DNA of 64,000 bases from a virus (taxonomy: Duplodnaviria > Caudoviricetes). Under the pieces are notes generated by a model. The model was not told where the DNA came from, searched no databases, and saw nothing but the letters and a program-made list of their open reading frames with translations. This document shows positions 38,454 through 46,653 of this stretch, one piece after another (position 1 is the first letter of the stretch; each line of letters begins with the position of its first letter). Position numbers and translations under genes: made by a program. Location of the stretch: IMG/VR virus record IMGVR_UViG_3300047160_036266, positions 279,422-343,421 of that record. One strand, given 5' to 3'.

Positions 38454-38561
38454 GGCGGGGTCATTTCTTACTTTACAACCGATTCCTCCTGGCGGATACT
38501 GAAGAAAGTTCTGACGGGCCACGGTCTTGGTGTACCTAGCTGGGCAGAGGAGGACTCAAAA

Positions 38562-38840
38562 ATGGCTGAACAACAGTATTGGATTTACCAGTTTGACGAC
38601 GTTCCTATGACGGGCTGCCGCACCATCTGCCGGCACGTCAATCGGGGGTTGACCAGCCGGGGCACGTTGTTTTGCTCGGACTGTCAATGCGAGTGGGAGT
38701 GGGGTGTCCCCCAAGCCGCTCCGCACTTTGAACCGGGCTGGTGCTACACCCAGCGCACCCTTCGGATGCTGGCCCGAATTCTGCCCGAATTCAAGAAGCG
38801 AAGCTTCTTGGATTGGCTGTGCAACCCCGATGGCTTCTAA
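38562..38840 (+). CDS. Small Zn-binding protein (92 aa)
   Basis: Start moved to MAEQQ after AGAGGAGG; CRTICRH and CSDCQC. Confidence 0.7.
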   Translation: MAEQQYWIYQFDDVPMTGCRTICRHVNRGLTSRGTLFCSDCQCEWEWGVPQAAPHFEPGWCYTQRTLRMLARILPEFKKRSFLDWLCNPDGF

Positions 38841-39949
38841 AAGGCGGGATCGCCCACCCGCCCCAGCCGGGTATGTTCGGGCAGGACGCTCCGTACCTTG
38901 GCAGAAAGTTTCTTCATGTGCCACTCGCGCTGGGGCAAGTGGCCATGTTTCTTTATGCGCTCCTTGATGAGCCGCACGAATTCATGCACTTCGGCCCCTT
39001 CGGGCCAGCCAGCAACCCGTGCCACTTCCTTCCAGTTGCCCTTCCCATACGCCTCCACGAAGTCCACAAAAGCTGGATGAGCCTGCGGCCTGGGTGAGTC
39101 CAGCTTATATTCCATCCACTCCCCGAATTTCTTCGGCTGCTGCTGCCGCTGGTTAATCATTTTGAGGAAATACTCCATCAGGGCGTTAAAGCGTTGTCCC
39201 GCCGCCTGCAACTGCCCCTGGTAGGGAGAAACATCCATGCCCCATACCTTTGACTGGCCCTGCTCCTCGAAACCCTTGAAGTAGCGTTCAATCTTGTCGC
39301 TTAACGGAGCCAGGGCCATCATCTTGTTCACGTCGTAAGGCTGGCCGGGATAGTAGCGAGCGTACAGGGCGGCATATTGCTTGGCGTGCGCCCGCAACTC
39401 CCCAGGATCGGTGAAATAGTCGATCTTGCCTTTGTCGTACTCCGGGCTGCCCCTGGGATGGCTTCCACTTAAATATGGATTGGCGTGTTGCTGGTTGCCT
39501 GGCGATACCTTCCCCGATGAAAGGTGCGTCATTTCGTGATGCAGTTGGAAATACAGGCGGGAGATCATGGCCTGAAGGGGCAGGTCGTTATATTCCTTGG
39601 CCTGGGCAATGGTGTTGACGTTCAGGTAGATGTTTAGGATGCTTGTGCCGAAATCGGCACCCGTGTCCTTTTGGGTGGGCTTAATCCTAATCACCAATTG
39701 ATCGCCAATGGGCGACTGGTGGCCCTTGACGGTCGCCGGCACACGGATTTCTACGCCCCGCTCCGGCACGGCCTCGCTGCCGAAGTTCCGCATGACGGCG
39801 AGGCCCTTGGCGTTATCAACGATATACTCGGAAATCCGCTTCTGCTTGTTGTTCTGGAAATACTGGTGCAGGGACTTATTGATGATCCCGAAGGCCGCTT
39901 CTGCGACAGCATCCTCGTATTGTTCGTGGGGGTGGCTAAGGTCATCCAT
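38837..39949 (-). CDS. HExxH metallopeptidase-like protein (370 aa)
   Basis: LHHEMTHL followed by YFTDPGELRAHA. Confidence 0.55.
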   Translation of the reverse strand: MDDLSHPHEQYEDAVAEAAFGIINKSLHQYFQNNKQKRISEYIVDNAKGLAVMRNFGSEAVPERGVEIRVPATVKGHQSPIGDQLVIRIKPTQKDTGADFGTSILNIYLNVNTIAQAKEYNDLPLQAMISRLYFQLHHEMTHLSSGKVSPGNQQHANPYLSGSHPRGSPEYDKGKIDYFTDPGELRAHAKQYAALYARYYPGQPYDVNKMMALAPLSDKIERYFKGFEEQGQSKVWGMDVSPYQGQLQAAGQRFNALMEYFLKMINQRQQQPKKFGEWMEYKLDSPRPQAHPAFVDFVEAYGKGNWKEVARVAGWPEGAEVHEFVRLIKERIKKHGHLPQREWHMKKLSAKVRSVLPEHTRLGRVGDPAF

Positions 39950-39950
39950 A

Positions 39951-40157
39951 TTAGTCAGCGTAACGCATGTCGTCGTAATACTGGCGTGCTGTGCGGGCGT
40001 CTACTTCGCCGGCACCCTTGCACAACTGGCATTCCTCGCCGTCCACTTCACCCTCACCCCGGCAGGCGGGACAGTTGGTGTCGTCATCATAAGGTGAAGC
40101 CAGCTTCCAGGCGTCATAGCCCGGCAGGTTCTCGATGTACTGCTGAAACGTCTTCAT
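39951..40157 (-). CDS. Small protein with a DnaJ-type Zn finger and a capsid-targeting-like N-terminus
   Basis: MKTFQQYIE start; CPACRGEG and CQLCKGAG. Confidence 0.75.
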   Translation of the reverse strand: MKTFQQYIENLPGYDAWKLASPYDDDTNCPACRGEGEVDGEECQLCKGAGEVDARTARQYYDDMRYAD

Positions 40158-40166
40158 TGTTCTCCC

Positions 40167-40661
40167 TTACATCTTCGAGTGGACCAAGTTGCTGTAGTCG
40201 GTGCCAGTGGTGCGGACAATGATCCTGCCTTGCCCGTCCGAATTCTGATCCAGTTCCGCACTGCGGATGTCGTTTTCCGCCTCGGCGCTCTTGGTGAAGA
40301 ACTTCTTGATTTCTTCGGTCACGGCCTGGATAATCTGATGAGCGGCTTCCTCGGCTTTGTAGTCATCGCCCATATAATCGTTGTACATTTCCTCCAGGTC
40401 CAGGGGATATGCCTTGCCGTAGGGGTGGGTCATTTCCTGCTTCTGCACCCGGTAGGCCAGCACGTCACCGATCTTGTAAATACGGATGCCGTCGAAGGAC
40501 AAGCTCTTCGTGGGACTTTTGACGAAGAGAAAAGGGTCATCCTCGTTAAGATGGTCGGTGACGCCAATCCCCTGGCGTTCGAGCAGCTTCTTAACCAAAC
40601 CTAAGTGCCGTTTGCTCTCCCGCATCTTCTTGTCTACAAACTCGATGAATCCTTGTGGCAT
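40167..40661 (-). CDS. Hypothetical protein (164 aa)
   Basis: Clean ORF in the minus-strand operon. Confidence 0.7.
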   Translation of the reverse strand: MPQGFIEFVDKKMRESKRHLGLVKKLLERQGIGVTDHLNEDDPFLFVKSPTKSLSFDGIRIYKIGDVLAYRVQKQEMTHPYGKAYPLDLEEMYNDYMGDDYKAEEAAHQIIQAVTEEIKKFFTKSAEAENDIRSAELDQNSDGQGRIIVRTTGTDYSNLVHSKM

Positions 40662-41520
40662 GTTGGTATCTAGTCCTGAACCTGGGATTTCTCGGCGTCG
40701 TGTGATTATGATAGCCGTTCTTCCGAAGAAAATGCGCGTAGAACCGATCCAGCAGGCTCAGGTCCGATACGAACATGAAACCGTTATTGTCTCGAAAGAG
40801 CGGAGCGTGGTACATCATAAAGGCCGTCTGGGGCCTGCCCCACCAGTACAAGAACAGATAGTCGGGCATTATGCAAAAGCACGGCACCCCGGTAGCCCAG
40901 GCCATTTGCGCCACCGCACTGTGGGTGCCAATCACAAACTCGGCGTGACGTACCAGATCGAATAGTTGCCGCAGATTGGTATGATTCAGTAGGTTAATCG
41001 CACCCTTGATATGAAGACTTTCTGCCTTGAAATAGGAATTATCCTCGGTGAACAACTCTCCGCTGTAATCGTAATAGCAGTCCTTGCCGACAAGGACCGG
41101 AAATAAACCCATCTTATAGGCTTGGTCGCACAGCAGTTGTACCACCGGGGTTTCTATGTCCTTGTCGCTGCTCGACATGGCGTGCAAGACTATGTACTTG
41201 CCGGGAGGTCGCAGTGACTCCCCTTCGAGTAGCGGGATTTCAATTTGGTGTGCCGGGGCCTGCGGCGGCGGGTACAGGCTGAAGGTTCTGGCATGTGCTT
41301 CGATCACTCGTGCTACGTTGGGGCTGGTCCCCAGCAGTTCCGTCATGGTTCCTTGCTGGGAAGAGTTGTTGATGACAAATACCTTCCTGTCCCAGCAGGC
41401 GTAGGGGCCGTTAAACAGCATGTAGATGCAGTCTCCCAGCCCTCCGGTCAATTCAACGGTGTTATACTCCGGCTCTTTCCTGGGCAAGTGCCTGAGCGTC
41501 CTAAAAAGCCGAAACCTCAT
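40591..41520 (-). CDS. Glycosyltransferase family 9-like
   Basis: TGGLGDCIYM, YIVLHA and LVRHAEFVIGTHSAVAQMAWATGVPCF. Confidence 0.75.
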   Translation of the reverse strand: MRFRLFRTLRHLPRKEPEYNTVELTGGLGDCIYMLFNGPYACWDRKVFVINNSSQQGTMTELLGTSPNVARVIEAHARTFSLYPPPQAPAHQIEIPLLEGESLRPPGKYIVLHAMSSSDKDIETPVVQLLCDQAYKMGLFPVLVGKDCYYDYSGELFTEDNSYFKAESLHIKGAINLLNHTNLRQLFDLVRHAEFVIGTHSAVAQMAWATGVPCFCIMPDYLFLYWWGRPQTAFMMYHAPLFRDNNGFMFVSDLSLLDRFYAHFLRKNGYHNHTTPRNPRFRTRYQHATRIHRVCRQEDAGEQTALRFG

Positions 41521-41538
41521 CCCATAAAAGAGAAGATA

Positions 41539-42879
41539 TTAGCAGTTACGCAACAGTATTTCTGGGGCCGAAGGCACGCAGCGCTGCAACACACGCAGGT
41601 CAGACGGGTTGCCCTGGTACGGGGTTTCCTTGAACACGATGCCCTGGAAGGAGGTAGACGCTTCCCGGATGATGTTAAGTTGCGCCGTGAGGAACAGGGT
41701 TCCTTCTCGCCGCACCATGAACTCGTGGTCCTCCATTTCTGGCTCGCCGTCCTCGTCGGTTTGGCCGGTTTCTTTCTGGTAGAGGATTTTCAGGTCCATG
41801 AAGGGAATGATGGCCCCGTTGTCATCAATCATGGCCTCAGACTCCTCGCCCATGCTGGTTTTGACGATCAACTTGCCGTCCGTGTAAGCGGAGCGCAGGG
41901 AGTTGGTCAAGTCCCAGCCCAAGGTGTAGACGGTTCCATCCGTGCCCACCACGTTGGCGACGAAAGCCCTGGTCTTAAAAGTCTCGGCTATACTTTCCAT
42001 GACCACCCGGCGTCTCAACACATCCTTTTCTTCCGGGCTGCCTTCGTCCAGCCGTTTCAATTCCGGTTCGGAAAGGTAACGCTCCGGGTCGTCTTCCCGT
42101 AGGCTCCATTTGCCGATGTCAACCATACCGAAGCGAGCGTTAAACCGGGTGGACAAGCGGATGGAATATTCCTTCTCATTATAAATCACGTCCTCGGCGT
42201 TGCCGCCAGTACCAACCTGCACCCCGCCAATTAAGGCGGCAATATATTTCCGGTGCAGGTCGCCCTTCATGCCCAGACAGCCGTTCAGCTTGATGAAGAT
42301 GTTGTTTAGCTCTGGATGCGTCTGGAGAGTGTTCCAAATATGGTTCACCACCGATACCGAAGGGTTGTTCTGGTCCAGTTCTTCGCGCAGCAGCTTCCGA
42401 ATTTCCTTGGAAGCCTGGTCGATGTTGGCGTTCTGCCGCAAGAACTGCACCTGAAGGTTGTCCTCCACGAACTTCCGGGGGTAGGTGTCCAGGTCCAGGT
42501 CACGAATCTGGTGAATCATGTCGATGAGCTTCTGGGTGTCGCCCTTGATGGACTCCTTGAAATACAGGTTCTTCCACTGCTCGAAGTCCGGGGACTCCCC
42601 GCCCTGGTCCTTGGGCATGTCCGGTGCCTGGGGATCATTGGTCACGTCCGGCTGGTCGCCGGGCTTGCTGCCGGCCTGGTCCTTGGGTGGCGTTCCCATC
42701 TGGTTTGGCGGCGGGTTGGCGATGCTTGGATCGCCGGGTGGCGGGCCAGGCGCACCCGCTCCTGGCATCCCAGGAGGCCCGGCAGTGCCTCCTGGTTGGC
42801 CCGCTTGGGGGTCTGGCCCCCAGCCTGCACCCGGAGATTGTTCGGCAATTAGCCAGTCGTCAATAATGATTTGCGTCAT
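41539..42879 (-). CDS. Hypothetical protein (446 aa) with a Pro/Gly-rich disordered N-terminus
   Basis: Long ORF coupled to the upstream gene (ATGA); no family recognised. Confidence 0.75.
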   Translation of the reverse strand: MTQIIIDDWLIAEQSPGAGWGPDPQAGQPGGTAGPPGMPGAGAPGPPPGDPSIANPPPNQMGTPPKDQAGSKPGDQPDVTNDPQAPDMPKDQGGESPDFEQWKNLYFKESIKGDTQKLIDMIHQIRDLDLDTYPRKFVEDNLQVQFLRQNANIDQASKEIRKLLREELDQNNPSVSVVNHIWNTLQTHPELNNIFIKLNGCLGMKGDLHRKYIAALIGGVQVGTGGNAEDVIYNEKEYSIRLSTRFNARFGMVDIGKWSLREDDPERYLSEPELKRLDEGSPEEKDVLRRRVVMESIAETFKTRAFVANVVGTDGTVYTLGWDLTNSLRSAYTDGKLIVKTSMGEESEAMIDDNGAIIPFMDLKILYQKETGQTDEDGEPEMEDHEFMVRREGTLFLTAQLNIIREASTSFQGIVFKETPYQGNPSDLRVLQRCVPSAPEILLRNC

Positions 42880-43379
42880 TTCTTCTCGTCCTTCTTGGGT
42901 TCGTCCTTTTTGGTCATGTTCTCGATCAACTCGATGAGGGCACGACGATTGCCGCTGGTGTCGCCTATATTTACGGTGACGTTTTCTTGTTTTGCGTTCT
43001 GAACCTTGACCGGAATCGTTTCCTTGAGCTTCAGCCGGGTCATCTCGCTGGCGATCTTCGACATCTTATCGGGGATGTCACTCTTGATTTTCATGAGGTT
43101 GACCAAAGCTTCCTTGGAAGCGGTGGTCGAGTCCCCTTCGTTAATGACAAGTTCAGCAAAGCTGGTAATGTACTGATCGCATTCCCGCCGGTCGTCCCGG
43201 CACATTTTGAGGATTTCCTGGTAGACATCGAGCAACACAGCGTCTTCAATAATGGAAGGTGGTGGGGCCGGCAGCGGACGCTCCGGCAAAACCTCGTACT
43301 CCTGGGAGGGCACGGAATTCAGGCCGTTCAACCCGGCTTCGATTTCAGTAATCACGGCTGCATCAATTTGTTTCGGCAT
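42876..43379 (-). CDS. Helical protein, weakly like a T4-type small terminase
   Basis: Helical core then QNAKQENVTVNIGDTSGNRRALIELIE, reminiscent of the gp16 C-terminus; ORF is solid, function is weak. Confidence 0.35.
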   Translation of the reverse strand: MPKQIDAAVITEIEAGLNGLNSVPSQEYEVLPERPLPAPPPSIIEDAVLLDVYQEILKMCRDDRRECDQYITSFAELVINEGDSTTASKEALVNLMKIKSDIPDKMSKIASEMTRLKLKETIPVKVQNAKQENVTVNIGDTSGNRRALIELIENMTKKDEPKKDEKK

Positions 43380-43386
43380 AACAGTC

Positions 43387-43392
43387 TATATA
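43387..43392. promoter_or_regulatory. Candidate late-promoter TATATA box at a divergent junction
   Basis: 7 nt upstream of the 43379 start and 37 nt before pyrD. Confidence 0.5.
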
Positions 43393-43429
43393 GGGCATGA
43401 CCCTTCAAAAGAATCCATAAGGAGGCCGG

Positions 43430-44281
43430 ATGATTGAACTCCACAACGGACACAGAATGGATTTCTTGTGCGCTAGTGGAGCATTGGGCTTGGACGGCCA
43501 GGGATACTTCTGGGAGTGGCCGCTCGTGTACGCCAACATCATCCGCCCCCACGAACTTACCATCATCACCAAGACGCTCACCCGCTTCCCCTGCCCTGGC
43601 AACCTGTCCTGGTGGCATCCCTGGACTTGCTTTCGGTTCATCAAGGACGGGACCGTAAACAGCGTGGGCCTCAGCAACCCCGGCATCCGTTGGTGGATCA
43701 AACATTTCCCTCGCTTCCCGCAATACAAGTTCATCATTTCCATCCTGCCTACCAGTGTGCGGGAGGCTGCCTTTATGGCCCAGATGCTCAACCCTCTGCC
43801 CGTGGTGGGGATCGAGTTTAATGCTTCCTGCCCCAACGGTGAGGAATGGACCGAAGACAAAATCTGTGAACTTAGCAGCACCTTGGCCCTCGCCTCGCGC
43901 CACCCCGTCATCGTCAAGTTGGGCTACACCCAGCCGTATGTGCGCGTATGCGAGCATCTGGATGGGGTGGTTGCGGCCTTTGATCTAATAAACAGTGTGC
44001 CGTGGCCAGAAATCTTCCCCAATGCAGCCTCGCCCCTGAACCCGTCCGGCGGCGTTTCGGGAGCGGTCATCGTTCATCAAGCCAGGGAAGCGTTATGGAA
44101 GGCCAAGGTCGTAACCACCAAGACCCCCATTATTTCCGGCGGCGGCATCAACGACATGAGAGAAGTGGTGGTACGGCGGTGCATGGGTGCGGAAGCCTGG
44201 ACCTTCGGCACCCTCTTTCTGCGCAAACCCTGGCTGCCCAATCGGATAGCCGCCAGTTTGCGGAAGCTCTGGCTCTATTAG
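43430..44281 (+). CDS. pyrD: Dihydroorotate dehydrogenase (family 1-like)
   Basis: ASG, TKT, VNSVGLSNPG, FNASCPN (catalytic Cys), VIVKL, LINS, GGVSG and PIISGGGI. Confidence 0.9.
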   Translation: MIELHNGHRMDFLCASGALGLDGQGYFWEWPLVYANIIRPHELTIITKTLTRFPCPGNLSWWHPWTCFRFIKDGTVNSVGLSNPGIRWWIKHFPRFPQYKFIISILPTSVREAAFMAQMLNPLPVVGIEFNASCPNGEEWTEDKICELSSTLALASRHPVIVKLGYTQPYVRVCEHLDGVVAAFDLINSVPWPEIFPNAASPLNPSGGVSGAVIVHQAREALWKAKVVTTKTPIISGGGINDMREVVVRRCMGAEAWTFGTLFLRKPWLPNRIAASLRKLWLY

Positions 44282-44284
44282 GCC

Positions 44285-44887
44285 ATGAAGGCTATATATT
44301 TCCGCACAATCTGCGAAGTGGGCGTCGGACCACCAGAGTGGTCGCAATTTAGTGACATACTCGATACCGCCTGCTACCGAAAAGCCCTGTTGATCGACCC
44401 CGACCCAGGCTTTTGTGCGGCGTTGCGTCAGCGCTGGCCCGACCCACGGGTGCAGGTCTGTGAAAATGCCGTGATCGAGGGAAAACCCCGCCCGGTGGAA
44501 ATGATAAATTGCTCAGCGACCACCTATGTCAAGGGCATCAAACACTGCCCTGCGATGGAGGCCGGATATGACCATACCAACAAGGACCAATACTTCCTTG
44601 ACCACGATCTAAACCCGGCGGACTATCCCAACTACACGACGGCAGGTGTGCCGTTCTCATGCTTGGACGATGGCGAGATTGACGTGCTGGCGGCAGATTG
44701 TGAAGGGTCTGAATGGTTTGTGTTGCAGGACATGCGCAGCCGACCCTGGTTCATTCGCCTGGAAACCAGTTACGAGCATCCTTACCGCCAGGAGATTGCC
44801 AACTGGTTAGCACGCGAGGGTTACGAGGAAATAATACGGGATGGGTCGGATACTTTGTGGAAGAAAACGTGGCCGGTGGATAAATAG
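44285..44887 (+). CDS. FkbM-family SAM methyltransferase
   Basis: EVGVG, LLIDPDP and IDVLAADCEGSEWFVL (DxEGxE). Confidence 0.8.
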   Translation: MKAIYFRTICEVGVGPPEWSQFSDILDTACYRKALLIDPDPGFCAALRQRWPDPRVQVCENAVIEGKPRPVEMINCSATTYVKGIKHCPAMEAGYDHTNKDQYFLDHDLNPADYPNYTTAGVPFSCLDDGEIDVLAADCEGSEWFVLQDMRSRPWFIRLETSYEHPYRQEIANWLAREGYEEIIRDGSDTLWKKTWPVDK

Positions 44888-44919
44888 GATGTGTTAGCTA
44901 TTCTTGCTGGAAGGGTAGA

Positions 44920-46653
44920 ATGAGAACCAAATTTGAAGAGTATCTGTTGTTCAAGGAAGCCGAAGAAAACGGCGATTCTGACAATCATCACGGTGATTCG
45001 GACAAGCATTACGGTGATTCTGACAAGCATCACGGTGATTCTGACAAGAAGAGTGATGGCGGCGGTTCGTCCGGGGGCAGCGCGAGCGGTCCCGGCGACG
45101 AAGTTAGCCAGAAGGCCAAGTCGCTCATCACATCGAAAATCAAGTTGCAGAAGAAGGAGGGCAGCAACGAGTTCGCTCCGTTCACGGTGGACCGTGCCAG
45201 CCATCCGAACCTGCGCTACCTCATTAAAGCATTTGCAGATTCCGATAAAGTCGGCCTTGGTTATACCACTATTGACAAGACCAAGGGCGAAATGGAGCCG
45301 ATGCTAAAGAAAAAGACGCTACACCTTACCGGCGGGGCTGTGCGTGACCACCTGAAGGGCAAAACCCCTCGAAATTATGATCTGGTCACGGATGCCACGC
45401 CAAGTGAAATGCGCATGATCCTATCCAACCCCGAACACGGTTTTACGGAAGTCCAGCCCCGTGACCCAAAGTTGGCCCAGGATGAGCGCTATCATGAGCT
45501 ACCTCCAGCGGGTAGCAGGAACAAAGTCTTCTATCCAAGCCGCTGGGATAAACAGGGCAAGGAACTTGAATTCACGGTTGAAATCAACGGGGAGAAATTT
45601 GATCTTGCTACCCTATCCAAACACTCGAAGAGTCGCCGGGTCAGCCCGGATAAAGGCGAGTCCGCATCTTCCGTTGAGGAAGATTCCCTAAACCGGGACT
45701 TCACCATCAACGGCATGTATATCCCGCTCAACCAAAGCGATGGAGAGAACTCCGACTTGGTGGACCCACATGGCGGTGCCCACCACCTGAAAAATGGTGA
45801 GGTCGTCGCCATCGGGAGCCTGATTGACAAGCTGCGGGCTGATCCTTCAACCTCACAGCGATATGTCAAGATGCTGAGCCGCTTCGGCAACCCGGACAAG
45901 ATTCCAGACAAATATAAGGCCACCATCGAGCGATACAAGGACATGCAGGATGTGGACAAGGGCCACGTCCGCAAGGAATTCCTTTCCGGCCTCGAAAACC
46001 CCGACGTGGACCCACGCAAGTATCTGGGTGCCTATAGCAAACTCGGTCTAATGGGAGCGGTGTTCCCCGGACATGACTTCAATCCCGACGAGATGCCGCC
46101 GGACTTCAAGGGCGACCGCTGGCTCGCACCAGCCTGGGTTCTTCGCAAAGGCGATCCCCAACAGGTTATGCAGATGTTAGTTGGCCAGGGCTGGTCCAAG
46201 CAGGAGGCCCAGGACATCACCCACCTGATAAAGATGGCTCAGTGGGCCGACAAGGGCTTCGACGCTGACCAAATGTACGATCTGAAGAACAGTCACAACG
46301 GCTTGACGAAAAACAAGCAGCGTGAGTGGATGCAGATGATCGGCAAGCAGGGGAACCAGTCCGATGCCTACTTTATGCACGATGACAAAGACCTTGCCAA
46401 GATGGTAGACGGCCCGGACGGGAAGAAGCAGATCAACCCCAAGTTCCACCAACACCTGGGCCGCACGCCCAAGCCGGGCGAGCTAGAGGGCGTCCGCAAG
46501 GACTTGTCCAAGAATCGCTTCGTGGACATGCTCAATAAGCTCAAGCATCATAAAGCCGGTGGCGAGGATAAGGACAAGGACAAGCCGTTCCCTTCTCACG
46601 ACTCTGAAGATAAGAAGCAGGAGTGGGTTTCCGTGGCGGCTTTCCGCTACTAA
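44920..46653 (+). CDS. Class II nucleotidyltransferase (CCA-adding/poly(A) polymerase family) with substituted catalytic motifs
   Basis: GGAVRD, PRNYD, EEDSLNRDFTINGM and LVDPHGG. Confidence 0.85.
   Translation: MRTKFEEYLLFKEAEENGDSDNHHGDSDKHYGDSDKHHGDSDKKSDGGGSSGGSASGPGDEVSQKAKSLITSKIKLQKKEGSNEFAPFTVDRASHPNLRYLIKAFADSDKVGLGYTTIDKTKGEMEPMLKKKTLHLTGGAVRDHLKGKTPRNYDLVTDATPSEMRMILSNPEHGFTEVQPRDPKLAQDERYHELPPAGSRNKVFYPSRWDKQGKELEFTVEINGEKFDLATLSKHSKSRRVSPDKGESASSVEEDSLNRDFTINGMYIPLNQSDGENSDLVDPHGGAHHLKNGEVVAIGSLIDKLRADPSTSQRYVKMLSRFGNPDKIPDKYKATIERYKDMQDVDKGHVRKEFLSGLENPDVDPRKYLGAYSKLGLMGAVFPGHDFNPDEMPPDFKGDRWLAPAWVLRKGDPQQVMQMLVGQGWSKQEAQDITHLIKMAQWADKGFDADQMYDLKNSHNGLTKNKQREWMQMIGKQGNQSDAYFMHDDKDLAKMVDGPDGKKQINPKFHQHLGRTPKPGELEGVRKDLSKNRFVDMLNKLKHHKAGGEDKDKDKPFPSHDSEDKKQEWVSVAAFRY
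44971..45054 (+). repeat. 4 x 21-bp coding repeat (GDSDxHH)
   Basis: ggcgattctgacaatcatcac / ggtgattcggacaagcattac / ggtgattctgacaagcatcac / ggtgattctgacaagaagagt. Confidence 0.95.

Noticed and set aside
44920-46653. Poly(A) polymerase (pcnB) or pseudogene call
   Set aside because: The PAP signature hhG(R/K)(R/K)F is absent, and the ORF is full-length with no frameshift or stop, so neither label is supported
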